This document shows positions 10,630-22,800 of a stretch of DNA of 33,060 bases, in pieces. Position 1 is the stretch's first letter. Each line of letters opens with the position of its first letter. Source of the stretch: Azolla caroliniana (lineage: Eukaryota; Plantae; Polypodiophyta); the NCBI GenBank assembly GCA_043228905.1, contig JBHGNT010000341.1, positions 1 through 33,060 of the forward strand, read 5' to 3'. Both the position numbers and the translations under genes were made by a program. The notes under the pieces are model-generated. The model was not told the DNA's origin. It did no database searches and saw only the letters and a program-made list of their open reading frames with translations.

Positions 10630-12151
10630 TGGATTGCATATATCAAATCAGTCAACCCAGAGATCCGTCATGTAGCTAGGACGTGTAATGTCGTTGTAGA
10701 TATGCTATCACGAGCAAAATATGACAGAGAAGAAGATGGACATTCTGATGAAGAGGATGTTGGCTTAGATTTCTTTACAAGTTCCTACGTTCGAGTGCTG
10801 ACAACTTTCATAGAAGAGAACTACGAAGGCGAATTTATGGAGATCAGGAAATACTTGAGTTCTCTCCAAAAAGATGAGCCATGGTCGATAGAAGACTTCC
10901 ACCGAATTCAGAAGAAGGCGTACAAGTATTTCCTTAAGGATGGATCTCTTTGGAGGCATGCAAAAAAGAAGAATGAGACTCCTATGAGAGTTGTCTGCAA
11001 GCTGGAAGATCGGCAAAAACTAATGTCCGAATTTCATGATAATGTTTTTGCAGGCCACCGAGGAATATGGGCTATGTTCGCGAAGCTTAAGGAGAAATAT
11101 TGGTGCCCGGGCATCTACAAAGATGTAGCAACTTATGTGGAAAGATGTAGCAACTTATGTGGAAAGATGTAGCAACTTATGTGGAAACATGTAAGGAATG
11201 TCAAATGTTTTTGAATGTTCACCATTGAGATGAACTTCATCCGACTTACTCGTTGACTATGCATTACAAGTGGATGGTGGATATTGTAATGATGCCAATG
11301 GGGCGATGGCAGATGAAGTATCTTGTGCTCGCGAGAACTAAGGAGACATCATCAGTATGCAGATTCCTTCTTGAAGATGTTATTTGCAGATATGGATGTG
11401 TCGGCAAGATAGTGGCTGATAGAGGCGAGTTGGACGCCAATGAAGCTAGAGAATTCTTCTCAAGGATGGGAATCAAGTTATCTCTTACTACGGCGTATAA
11501 TCTGGAAGCGAATGGGAAAGTGGAACGTGGACATGGACTGATTGTGAAGGCTCTAGTAAAAGCTTGCCATGGGAAAATAGGAGAATGGCCGCGTCTATTG
11601 CCATTTGCACTAGGACTACTCATAGCACGGTGACAGGATACATGCCGGCAAAGCTCATATTCGGACAGAAGCCGATAATCACAGTGGACCAAAGTATTGT
11701 TTCATGGTTTGCATTGCCATGGCAAGATGAGATAAGTAGAGAACATCTTCTAGCATTGAGAATTCGACAGTTGGAGCTGAAGTTGGAAGATATAAAAGTG
11801 GCTAAAGCGTGACCAAAGAATGCAAGGCTGAAGAACAAGAAAGTCTTCGACAAACGACATCGACTTCGTTCGAGGAAAATCGTTGAAGGAGATTGGGTGT
11901 TGGTCTATGATAGTAGCCTAGACAACCAACATAGCACGACTCAAAAAATTTCACAACGATGGTTTGGACCATATGTGGTGAAGAAAGTGGAAGATAATGC
12001 AACATATCGTTTAGTAGAACTGGATGGTACACCACTTGCTTTGCAAATTGCAAGAAAGAGAATCAAGATCTTTAAGAGAAGAGAGGCCCCAAATCTTGAA
12101 ATCGATGCTCTAAACGATGTAGCCTCCACCATCGAGGTTGAAAAAGAATAA
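10630..12151 (+). pseudogene. pol: Element A pol continued: RNase H end and integrase (degenerate)
   Basis: WIAYIKSVNPEIRH...HDNVFAGH...WMVDIV...VADRGE...GKVERG...WFGPY; several small deletions, stops and a 22-bp triplication. Confidence 0.9.
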
Positions 12152-12215
12152 TCAAAAGAGGAACCTCTCCGCAATTGGCACATACCGGTGGATGTGCAGG
12201 TTTGGTGGGGGTGAA

Positions 12216-13478
12216 TGTGGTGTGGTTTTTCACACACGACATGAAAATTAGTAAAATAATTATTTAAGATTAGCTCAATGGATTGATATGGAAATATAGA
12301 TGTCTTCAAGAGCTTCATAACACATTTTACTACATATGAAACGGATAAACAAGTATCAAGTTATATGAGTGTGAAGTTTGAGAATATTAGAAAAACAAAC
12401 TCTAAGATATCCCATATAGATAGGACAACATTGGATCCCCATAGTATATAAGGAGAGCTAGAACCCATTGTTTTATGTGTATGTGTGAAGCACAGAATGT
12501 TCAAGGTGACTTGGGCTAAACTGTGTGGATAAATGCCTCAAACAATTTTAGTTCACGGCTTGATCAGCCACGACGTATGGCCCGGTCCGGACGTGCATAT
12601 CTGCGGAAGCATACACGGCTCGATCGGGATGCGCATGTGTGCAGACGCGTACACGGCGCGGTCGAGATACGTCTACGCGCACACAACGCGGTCGAGATAC
12701 GTCTACGCGTACACATCGCGGTCGAGATACGTCTACGCGCACACAACGCGGTCGAGATACGTCTACGCGTACACATCGCGGTCGAGATACGTTTACGCGT
12801 ACACCACGCGGTCGAGATACTTCTACGCGTACACAGCGCAATCGAGATACGTTTACGCACGAACGCATCTACGGTTCGGTTGCAACACATGGTTTGGTTG
12901 CGACGCACGTACGGATTACACACGGGCTTAACTTTATGGATGATTGGATTATGTGGCCGAATTATACGAACAGTCGCATGCAACTAAAATTAAAGGTCAA
13001 GCAACTAAAAAAGGAGGCCATGCAACTAAAAATAAAGGCCAAGCAACAAAAAATGGAGGCCATGCAACTAAAAGTGGACGCATGCAAAGGAACATGGGAG
13101 GCTATGATCAACAAAGAACTCCATATATGTTCCACTTTTTTTTTTCTATAGTTTTTTTCTTTTCCCCTTATCTTCTTCTCTCTCTCATTCCTTGGGGGAA
13201 AGATAATTTCTTATATTCATATCAGACCACTCCTTACATGGTTGTTGGCTCCTTTCTTTCAAGAATGATCTTTCATATTCATATCCAATCCGTTGTAACA
13301 TGATTCTAGAATTATAAAGAATCTATTTTCTTTTGCCATAAACGAATATTTTCTTTTACCTACTTGTCTCATGTGTAAATCTTGCTTGTGCTAAGCGTGT
13401 GAGCCTTAATTCCTTCCAGTCCATAACCCCAGCCGTTCCGCCTCACGATCCGCACATAGTGACGGATTTTTCACAACA
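12216..13478 (+). repeat. Element A 3' LTR (1263 bp)
   Basis: Follows PPT; TGTGGTG...TCACAACA; last ~200 bp homologous to the reverse complement of element C LTR segments. Confidence 0.85.
12651..12860 (+). repeat. 30-bp CpG-rich tandem array, 7 copies, inside element A 3' LTR
   Basis: acac(n2)cgcggtcgagatacgtctacgcg(c/t) x7, head to tail with no spacers. Confidence 0.95.
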
Positions 13479-13771
13479 ATGCTCCTTCAATTCCCACCTT
13501 TAACAGTTCCGAGATCTTCGACTCTGTAAGATGAGAATCATTTCCAGTTGGGGTTAGGTGGAATGATGCACCCGAATCGACCACCCATGTCGATTCATCG
13601 CTAAGAAGGTTCAGTTCATTTTGCTCATTGATGAGCAACAACTCCTCCTCACTTGTCGCGATTGTTGACGTGTTATTGCCGTCCGAAATCTTCTTCGGTT
13701 CTACACCGTTGGCTCCCCCTTCCTCCTTTCGGAAGTGTCAAATTTGTTTTTGGAAGTGCCCGACTTCCCCC
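13479..13771 (-). pseudogene. pol: Tnt1/Tork-like copia: Gag zinc-knuckle end and protease active site; contiguous with 1108-1560
   Basis: GKSGHFQK...IATSEEELLLINEQNELNLLSDESTWVVDSGASFHLTP; ends ...GAAGGAGCAT, which joins GCCGAATT on the other side of element A. Confidence 0.85.
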
Positions 13772-15373
13772 TGTCGTGAAAATCCGTCACTATGTGCGAT
13801 CGTGAGGTGGCACCATCGGGGTTATGGATAGGATGGAAATAGTGCTCACATGCACAACACATGGAAGGCTTACACAAACAAAGCACGAGTATTCGAACGT
13901 GTTTGTGAAAAGGAGAGGTGCATGGGCAAGCCCGAATCAACCCGTAGTCACAAGGCGAACGAATGCACGTGACGAAGGCTTACACACGAACACACAAGGA
14001 AAAGGCTTACTTACACACACGAGAGATAGAGTTTCGAATGCCTTTGTGAAAAGAGAGGTGCATGGGCAAAGCCCAAACTCTCCCTTGTTACAAGACATGC
14101 GAACACACAAGGAAAAGGCTACTTACACACACGAGAGACAGAGTTTTGAATGCCTTTGTGAAATGAGAGGTAGATCGGCAAGCTTGAACGCTCCCGTGTT
14201 ACAAGACATGCGAACACACAACCAAGGTTACAAATGGGAGACATGATTTTGAACGCCTTTGTGAAAGGAGAGTTGCATGGGCAAACCCGAACGCTCCCTT
14301 GCCACAAGTCGCATGAACACACAAGCAAGGTTTACACATGTGAGACACAATTTCGAACGCCTTTGTGAAAGGAGAGGTGCATGGGCAATCCTGAACGCTC
14401 CCTTGCCACAAGTCGCACGAACACACAAGCAAGATTTACACTAACACGCAATACACGATTTCGAACGCCTTTGTGAAAGGAGAGGTGCATGGGCAAGCCC
14501 GAACGCTCCCTTGCCACAAGTTGCACGAACACACAAGCAAGATTTACACTAACACGCTAGACACGTAAGTTTGAATGCCTTTGTGGAAGGAGAGGTGCAT
14601 TGGCAAGCCCAAAACGCTCCCTTGTCACAAGACATACAAACAAATAAGCACAAATGACGATAACAAATAAGCACAATCAAGATTTACACATAAGACAAGT
14701 AAATGAAAGACAACATTAGTTTATATCAATATAATAGATTCTTTTATAATATAAGAATCATGTTACAATGGGTTGGATGCAAATATAAAGGATTTTTTAT
14801 AAAGGAATGGGGGAAGAGAGGTGGAGGAAAGAAGAGAGTGGAGTATAGAAGGAGTTTTTTTGTTGATGATGCCTCTCAATGTTGTTGATCCTTCTTCTTC
14901 CGCTTTCCAATGGAGTAGAGCTTCCACATTCCTTCTCCACCCCCCCCTCTTCACTAGAATAGGCTCATATTTATAGGTTTAGGATTGCTTTCCTTTTTCC
15001 CCTAAAAAAAGGCTTGTCTATATGAGTCGATTTTGCTTTTCCTCACTATTTCTGTTTTCTAGCCTCAAATTTCACATGCAAGATATTCTTGAAAAGCTCT
15101 CTAGGTTAGCTTTCTTATGCATATTTTCTTTTCTAATTTGGACATTTGACGAGGAAATTATGAGCTTTTCACTCAACCTTGTTGCTCAAATCCACGGCTA
15201 GCTTTTCTTTTCCCATCTTTTTCTCTATTTTTTTCTACTTTCGAAAACCTCTTCTAACTTTTTATCCTTTCATTTATTACTGTAGTTGACTTAAGAAAAT
15301 TAGTTTATTTGGATCACTATTTTAATTCTCTTTTGAGGGTATTTCCACACTATGTGTCGAAAACATCACGACA
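13772..15373 (-). repeat. Element C 3' LTR (~1.6 kb)
   Basis: Minus strand TGTCGTGATG...TTCACGACA after PPT GGTGGGGGTGGA; TATA-like TATAAAT at 14975-14969. Confidence 0.9.
13890..14640. repeat. ~105-120-bp imperfect tandem repeat, ~7 units, in element C LTR (also ~26790-27420)
   Basis: Recurring tttcgaacgcctttgtgaaaggagaggtgcatgggcaagcccgaacgctcccttgccacaagtcgcacgaacacaca core. Confidence 0.9.
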
Positions 15374-15439
15374 TCCACCCCCACCAAACCTGCATATCTT
15401 GCGGTAGGTGCCAATGATTGTTAGCTGCTATTGCTTATT

Positions 15440-18400
15440 CTTTTTAAACCTCGAAGTCTAGAGGTTCGATTTCAGGATTTGTGGTCTCTCTTCTCTTAAA
15501 GATCTTGATTCTCTTCCCTGAAATCGGCAAAGCAAGTCGAGTTCCATCCAAATCCGCTAGAAAATAGGTTGCATTGTTTTCTATTTCCTTAACCACATAT
15601 GGGCCAAACCATCGTTTCATGAACTTTTGACTAGTGCTATGCTTATTATCAAGGCTGATTCAATTTTTCTTAGACGAAGACGATGCTTTTTATCAAAATT
15701 CTCCTTGTTCCTCAATCGAGCCTCACATAACCATTCTATTTGCTAACTCGACATCTTTGGATCTCCGTTCTAATTGTTGGATCCTTGTAGCTAGCAAGTC
15801 TTCTCGACTCATCTCCTCTTGCCATGGCAAAGCCGTCCATGAGGTAACACTTTGCTCGATAGGCATTATTTGTTTTTGCCCTAATATGAGCTCAGCCGGT
15901 ATATATCTTGTAGTCGGGCTATGTATAGTTCTATCGGCCCGGCCCACAATGCATATGGTAATAATCGTGGCCAGTCCCCCATCTTCCCATCGCAAGCCTT
16001 TGCTAGACCTTTTACGATCGGGCTATGTCCCCGCTCCACCTTTTCATTTGCCTCCAAGTTGTATGCCATGGTAAGTGATAATTTGATGCCTATCCTTGAG
16101 AAAAACTCTTTAGCTTCATTTGCATCTAATTCTCCTCTATTGGCTACTATTTTGCCGACACATCCATATCGACAAATAACATCTTCAAGGAGAAACTTGC
16201 AAACTGCTAAAGTTGTTTTATTCCTTAGTGCCCGACCTTCTACTTGGTTGGTGAGATCCTCTCTTGCTAGCACGAGGCATCTCATTTGCCACAATCCCAT
16301 TGGCATAACCACTATGTCTACCAACCACTTATAGTGCATTGATAATGGATATGTCAGATGAAGTTCATCCCTATGTTGAACATTCAAGTATAATTGGCAT
16401 TGTGCACATGTTTTAACATTGCTTGCTACATCTTTGTAAAAACCCGACCACCAATACTTCTCCTTGAGCTTTGCAAAAGTTTCCCATATACCTCGATGAC
16501 CTGCCCACACACTTTCATGAAATTCAGCAATTAATGTTTGTTGATCTTGTTTCTTGCACACCACTCAAAGTGGAGTTCCATTCTTCCTCTTTGGAAACTT
16601 CCATGGATGTCCTTCTTTGAGGAAGAACTTGTAGGCCTTCTTCCTAATTCGGTAGAAGTATTCCTTTGACCATGATTCGTCCTTTGTAAGAGAGCTTAAG
16701 TACTTGCCAATTTCGATGAATTCACCCTCATAATCTTCTACTTTAAACACCTCTAGCACCCAAGCACAAGAAATCGTAAAGAAGTTTAGGCCAACATCCT
16801 CTTCATTGGAGCACGGATATTCTTCACCCTCGTACCTTGCCCTTGACAACATATCGGCCACCACATTATGTTTCCCAGTTATATGTCGAATCACGGGGTT
16901 GACCGACTTGATATAGGCAATCCATCGTAGGATAGCAATATCCGGCATAGCACAACCGAATATCATCCCGAGAATAGGTAGACAATCAGTTTCGAGTATG
17001 ACTTCCATTCCGATAAGGTAGTCACGATCGGTTTTAACCACAAATACTATCCCCCATAACTCTCTCTTTACTTGGTCTTACTTTCTTTGTCTTTCAGTCA
17101 ACACCTTTGCACCAAATCGGATTGCATACCGATTTTTGTCTTTGTCTGCTTGGTTAATCACCCATCCAATTCCGGTTGGGTTCCTATCCACTGTCACATA
17201 TATCAAGGTACTTTCGGTGTAGTCGGCTTTGCGCAATGTTGGAGCTTCCAATAATAGTTTCTTCAACTTTTGAACCGCGTAGGTATGCTCCTCTTCCCAT
17301 TCAAACTTCTTCCTTTTCTTTAGTAGTCCATACAATGGTTCAGCGACATGGGTATAGTGTGGAATCCATATGTGGTAGAACGCACATGCTCCCAAGAATC
17401 TTCTCACCTATGTTTGGCACTCACACTCCTCTTTCATCTCTTGGATAGCATTCACCTTGGATGGTGATGGCTTCCGGCCATAAGATCCACATAAGTGTCC
17501 TACTACCAATATTTCTGGTTGACCGAATGCGGACTTCTCTCCTGAAAACGTTAGATTTGCATCCTCAAGCTTTTGCAACACCTTCTCCCTATCCTTTATA
17601 TGATCGATGACGAACCTTCGGCAACCATCTTCATCTTTTGATTCATCTTTTTCTTCCACCGAGCATCCTTTGATCGGAATGTTATCTAAGAAAGGCATTG
17701 TGATATCAGGAATACAATCCTTTAACACTTTGTTCATGGCATTCACCATGTGGGCTACAGAGTTTGTCGCACCTTGGGGTAAGGTGCACATCCTCACCAA
17801 CCTGATCAGTGTCCTCATTGTTGTAATGTCTCTACTATCGAATGCCAATTGAAATTGATCATAGTCCGAGTAGAGATCACCAATGGAATAGATCGATCTT
17901 CCCGCGAAGGCTTCGGCAAATTCATGCACACTTGGACCAATTCCGACATTTCGGATTATCACCTTGTTGACGGGTTGGAGATCTTGAATAAAGCGTAAGG
18001 ATCCGTTCTTCTTTGGCACCGTAAACCATCTATTGGAGTAGGGAGCATTGGACGGCTCAAGAATTCACATCCTAACCTTTTCCTTTAGAAGCCCAATCAG
18101 TTTCGGAATGTGAGCTCTGGGAACCGGTATCGGCTTGAGGTTCCAAGGTATATGCGGCACTGTAAATATCACCATCGGCTCTATCATCTTCGGGTCGGCA
18201 CATCTGATTTCTTGTGGAGAGAAGGCGAAGGCTTTCTCATGTCTCTCAAGCATCATCCAAAACCTTTCTTCTTCTTCGAGGAGAAGGAACTCATCCTTCC
18301 CAACTTGGAGTTTCCCTCTTGATTTGTCAGTGAAGGTATGGCCTATCCCTTTTGGGTCTCTGAGACTTGGATCCTTGGTAACTTCTTTCATCCTTGGCCA

Positions 18401-18838
18401 ACTATCCTCCAGTAACAGAATAACTATTGGCTTGACCTTCTTATCTACTGATTTATATTTTGTGTTAACTTTGACCAACTCCTCCATGACCCCTCGTCGG
18501 CATTCGTCGATGGTGGTATACATGTTGATGGAGTTGACTTGAATCGTATGTTGCCCATGAGGGCTCAAGTCCACGATACTCTCTATTTCTCCAATTGTAT
18601 TTTTAAATGAGGCTTCCTCCATGACCCATGATATGTTGTCTTCTTCTTGTAATATTCCTTGTTCTTTTAGCCAATGTTCAAAGTTTTGAACTTGGCTCTT
18701 CTCTCTCTCATTGATTGAGTGTAGTCATCCCACATGCACCATTAGGTGCTAAATATAGTTTTCCTTCTTGCTTCTTTCTTCTTTTCGGGGACTTTCTTTT
18801 CCTCGGACTATCTTTGCCCCATTCTTCAATAGTCTGTG
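15440..18838 (-). pseudogene. pol: Element C pol: linker-RT-RNase H-integrase, many stops/frameshifts
   Basis: ORF pieces 18065-18622, 17408-18019 (RT, PFLDNIPI), 17078-17407 and 16565-17041 (RH), 15881-16564 (INT). Confidence 0.92.
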
Positions 18839-19422
18839 TTAAAAATCCAACGCCTCATCTCTGAGGCGCATTGTCAAGAATTGAACCTACTTTTGATCAT
18901 CAAGACTCATCACCCAAGCGAATGTTGCTCCACTATCGAACACCTTAGTCTCTATCCTTGATGATGTTATGTAGGGTTGCCCAAGAATCACCGAATGGGA
19001 AGCCTAATCTTGTACAAAAAAGTGTTGGTCGATCTCTACATCCCCGATTGTGACTTGAATGTTGGGATGTGCTCCATAATGATCTTCCGTGGCCTTCGTC
19101 GCCGCACGAATCTTCCATCCATGGTTCGTGTTGATAGGCCATCTTCCCTTCTTGTAGAAATCCGTCGACATGAGGTTAATCTCTGATCTGTGGTCTATAA
19201 GAGCCACAACCGTCTCTTTCTTCTCTCCAATCTTGACCGGAGTTTCCGTTGTCGCTCTCGCCCAATGGGTTCGTGTATAATGACTATCCACTAGATCTTC
19301 TTCTTTCTCTTCCATTCTTGCCATAGTTATGGCATTGTTTGTCACCTTTGTCGAAATTCCCTCTTCCTCATCCGCTTGTTGTCTTTTACGTTTGATAAGA
19401 TCGACGATGGTCTCATGGAACT
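18839..19422 (-). pseudogene. Element C protease region (end of gag-PR ORF)
   Basis: EFHETIVDLIKRKR...HWARATTETPVKI..VALIDHRSEINLMS; ends ...LDF*. Confidence 0.85.
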
Positions 19423-19863
19423 TGTCAGGAATAGTACTAAAACAGAGATGGAATTAGTACTAAGAACAGCAGTACTATTAGTACTAAGAGGACGGCACTG
19501 CGTAAGATTCCCGAGAGAGGAAGTGAGAAGAGGAGAGAGAGAGAGATAGCGAGAATGAGAGAGAGAGAGAGAGATGATGACAGCGGCTATATATTATGTG
19601 AAAAGATAAGTACAAGCGGCTAAGAGGCTTAAGACTGGCGTTGAACCAATTTGGTTCAAAACAATGCCTTGTGCCTCCTTTTATAGTGTTTTTAGGAATA
19701 ATCCTGAAGCTTCTAGAATGTTCCAGAGAGATCTGGAATATACATCAATTTTCTATGATAAAGTATAAATGAAAATAATATCCTACAAAATACAATTCAT
19801 AATCTAATGGTAAGAGCTCGACCCATGTAGCATAAAGTCATGGGTTCGAGTCTTGCCATGACA
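19423..19863 (-). repeat. Element D 3' LTR (441 bp)
   Basis: TGTCA...TGACA termini; PPT adjacent at 19864-19875. Confidence 0.95.
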
Positions 19864-19874
19864 CTATCTCCCCC

Positions 19875-22800
19875 TTAAAGACGACGAGTGGAACGAGTCG
19901 GCGCTAATTGCGGACCGGGTTTGTCCGGATACTTTCGGTGGAAATCAGCAAGAAGATCTTGTGCATTGGCAACATTCTCGACGGGTTCCCAAGTACGTTC
20001 GCTCGGACTATAACCGAGCCAATCGACCAAGTAATAAAGTTTGTTGCAAACAAGTTTGGAATCGAGGATGGCAGCAACTTCATACTCCGGGCCGGCGTCC
20101 AACTCCAGCGGGGGCGGCGGTGGTGTCACACGATCGGGAATGGTGTTTGCTTTATAAGGTTCAAGAAGAGAACAATGGAAAACCGGATGTATCTGAAGCT
20201 GCGGAGGGAGATCCAGGCGGAAGGTGACATCATTAATCTTCCCCGTAATACGGAAAGGACCGAGTCGTCGATAATCCAACTTGTCGCACGGTCGAGTAGT
20301 CTTGATGTGACGACGTAAGAGCCATACTCGATCTCCGATGGCAAAAGAGGAGGGAATCCGATGACGATCCGCATAAGTCTTCTGTGTGTGTTGAGCATGA
20401 CGAAGGTGAGTAGAGAGATCCATCTGGATCTTGCGTAGCCTCTCCAAATGGTCCTCGGCACGAGGGTTGGTAGGTAGCTCCGGAGTGTCGATCACCGACC
20501 AGCGAGGATGGAAACCGGTATAAGCGAGAAATGGGGAGACCCGAGTCGAGGAGTGAATAGCATTATTATACGCAAACTCCGCAAAGTGGAGAATCTCAGC
20601 CCAATCGTCCTGTTGATAACTCAGGAAACACCGGAGATATTGCTCCAACATTTGGTTTGTTCGTTCCGCCTGTCTGTCAGTTTGAGGATGGTAGCCGGAG
20701 GAGAGGTTGCAGGAGACCTTGAGCATCCTGAAGAGATGCTGCCAAAATTTGGAGACAAATTGCGGGCCTCGGTCACTGATAATACTGTCTGGTAGGCCAT
20801 GATGCCGAAATACCTCACGCATAACAAGAGCGGCGGTTTCCTCGCTAGTGATGGCTTTAGTACATGGCACAAAATGTGCCATCTTCGTATATCGATCGAC
20901 GACGGTTAGGATAGCATCGAACCCCTTCGAGACCGGCAGATCTGTGATAAAATCAAGACAAATAGACTGCCATGGCTTACTTGGAATTGGTAAAGGTTCC
21001 AACAAGCCATATGGATGGTGTCGTGGCATCTTTGCTCGGCAGCAAGCATCACAGGTCCGAACGTAGTCGTCGACAAAACGGCGCATGTGGGGCCACCAAA
21101 AAGATCGTTGCACTAACTCCAACGTCTTGGTACTACCGAAATGTCCCGCCGTATGGGTGTCGTGACAATGTTGGACGATTTGAAGGCGACAGGAGCAATC
21201 GGGGACATATACGCGCTTTTTAAAGAATAACAAACCATCATGATATTCGAATTGTCGGTAGTCAATACCTGGTTGTTGAGACTGAGAACAGGATGCCCGA
21301 GAAGTATCAATGTGCGCTAGGATGTCTTGAGCAAAACTATCTGCCTTCAAGGTTGCACGTATGTCATCGGTAATCCGTGAATCCATCGGGGTGTGAAAAA
21401 TCCGCGTCGTGTGCAATCGTGTTGGTCCCAAGATTACTTGCTTTTGATTATCAAATGTTGCGTCACCAGGACGAGGTGCAAGATATGAACGCCGTGATAG
21501 TGCATCTGCTTTTCCTTGCTGCTTCCCCGGTCGATATGTGATTTCGAAGTTGAAATGCGTGAGGAATTGCGCCCACCGAGCTTGTCGTCGATTTAGTACG
21601 CGAGCGTTCTGAAAATAAGCAAGATTTTTATGATCGCTAAAGACAATGACCTGATGTGGAGAGCCCTCTAAGAAATGCCGCCATTGTACAAATGAATCCA
21701 CGATGGCTAATAACTCCTTGTCATGTATTTCGTAGTTGATTTTTGCGACATTGAATTTGCGCGAATGGAAAGCCACCGGATGCAACTCTTCTTTATCGCC
21801 TTGTTGAGAAAGGATGCTACCGAGGGCGAAATCTGATGCGTCGGCCTCCATGATGAATGGTTTGCTTGTATCCACATGAGCTAGAATCGGTGCTGATGTA
21901 AAGGCTTTCTTAAGATGCCGAAAAGCCATATCTGCTTCGATGGACCAAAGAAATGCTTGGCCCTTCTTCGTAAGTTGTGTGAGAAGTAAAATAATCTTCG
22001 AGTAATCCTGTATAAACTTACGGTGGAAGTTAGCAAAGCCTAGAAAACATTGTACATCTCGTACCGACCGTGGAATTTGCCACTCTAGTACAGTTTGGAT
22101 TTTAGCTGGATCCATGGCGATGCCCTTTGAGGAGATGACGTAGCCTAGAAATTCCACTTGCTTGCAGTCAAAGATACATTTCTCTAGCTTGGCATAAAGA
22201 CCATTCTCGCGGAGTCGCTTTAGTACTAATAGTACATGAGAATCGTGCTCTTCCTGGGTCTTCGAATAAATCAACAAATCATCCAGATAAATGATCAAAC
22301 AGATATCCAAGAGGTCTCTGAATATATCATTTGCCATGTGTTGGAAGACTGCGGGTGCATTGGTTAGGCCAAACGGCATAACAATATACTCGAAATGCCC
22401 ATACCGCGTGCGAAAAGCGGTCTTCCACTCATCTCCCGGTCGGATCCGCACGAGATTATACGCTCCTCGTAGGTCGATTTTAGTAAAAAACTTGGCACCA
22501 TTAACTTGCTCTAAAAGACTTGATATAAGAGGAAGTGCATACCTATTCCGGATGGTGACTTTATTCAATCCGCGGTAATCAACGACAAGACGAAGTGAGC
22601 CATCTTTCTTCTTGACAAAGAAGATGGGTGCACCGGCCGGAGATTTCGAATGACGGATGAACCCGCTTGCCAAGTTCTCCTCTATGTAGGCTCGAAGGAC
22701 TTCTAACTCGGTGGGTGACAAGTTGTAAATTGGTCCCCATGGTGGCTCGGTTCCTGGTTGTAAATCGATGGGACAGTCATAGGGACGGTGATGAGGAAGG

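Noticed and set aside
10051-11172. 373-aa ORF spanning B 3' LTR into A pol
   Set aside because: Chance in-frame read-through across the insertion junction; ATG lies upstream of the LTR TATA box and the 5' LTR copy is not open in the same way.
12651-12860. CRISPR-like 30-bp repeats
   Set aside because: Head-to-tail with no unique spacers, inside an LTR, no cas genes, eukaryotic context.
13291-13300. TGTAACA as the end of element A 3' LTR
   Set aside because: Homology to element C LTR continues to 13478, where the TSD and copia host resume.
19793-19863. Functional tRNA gene in element D LTR
   Set aside because: A/B-box-like motifs present but acceptor and anticodon stems do not pair; reported only as tRNA-like.
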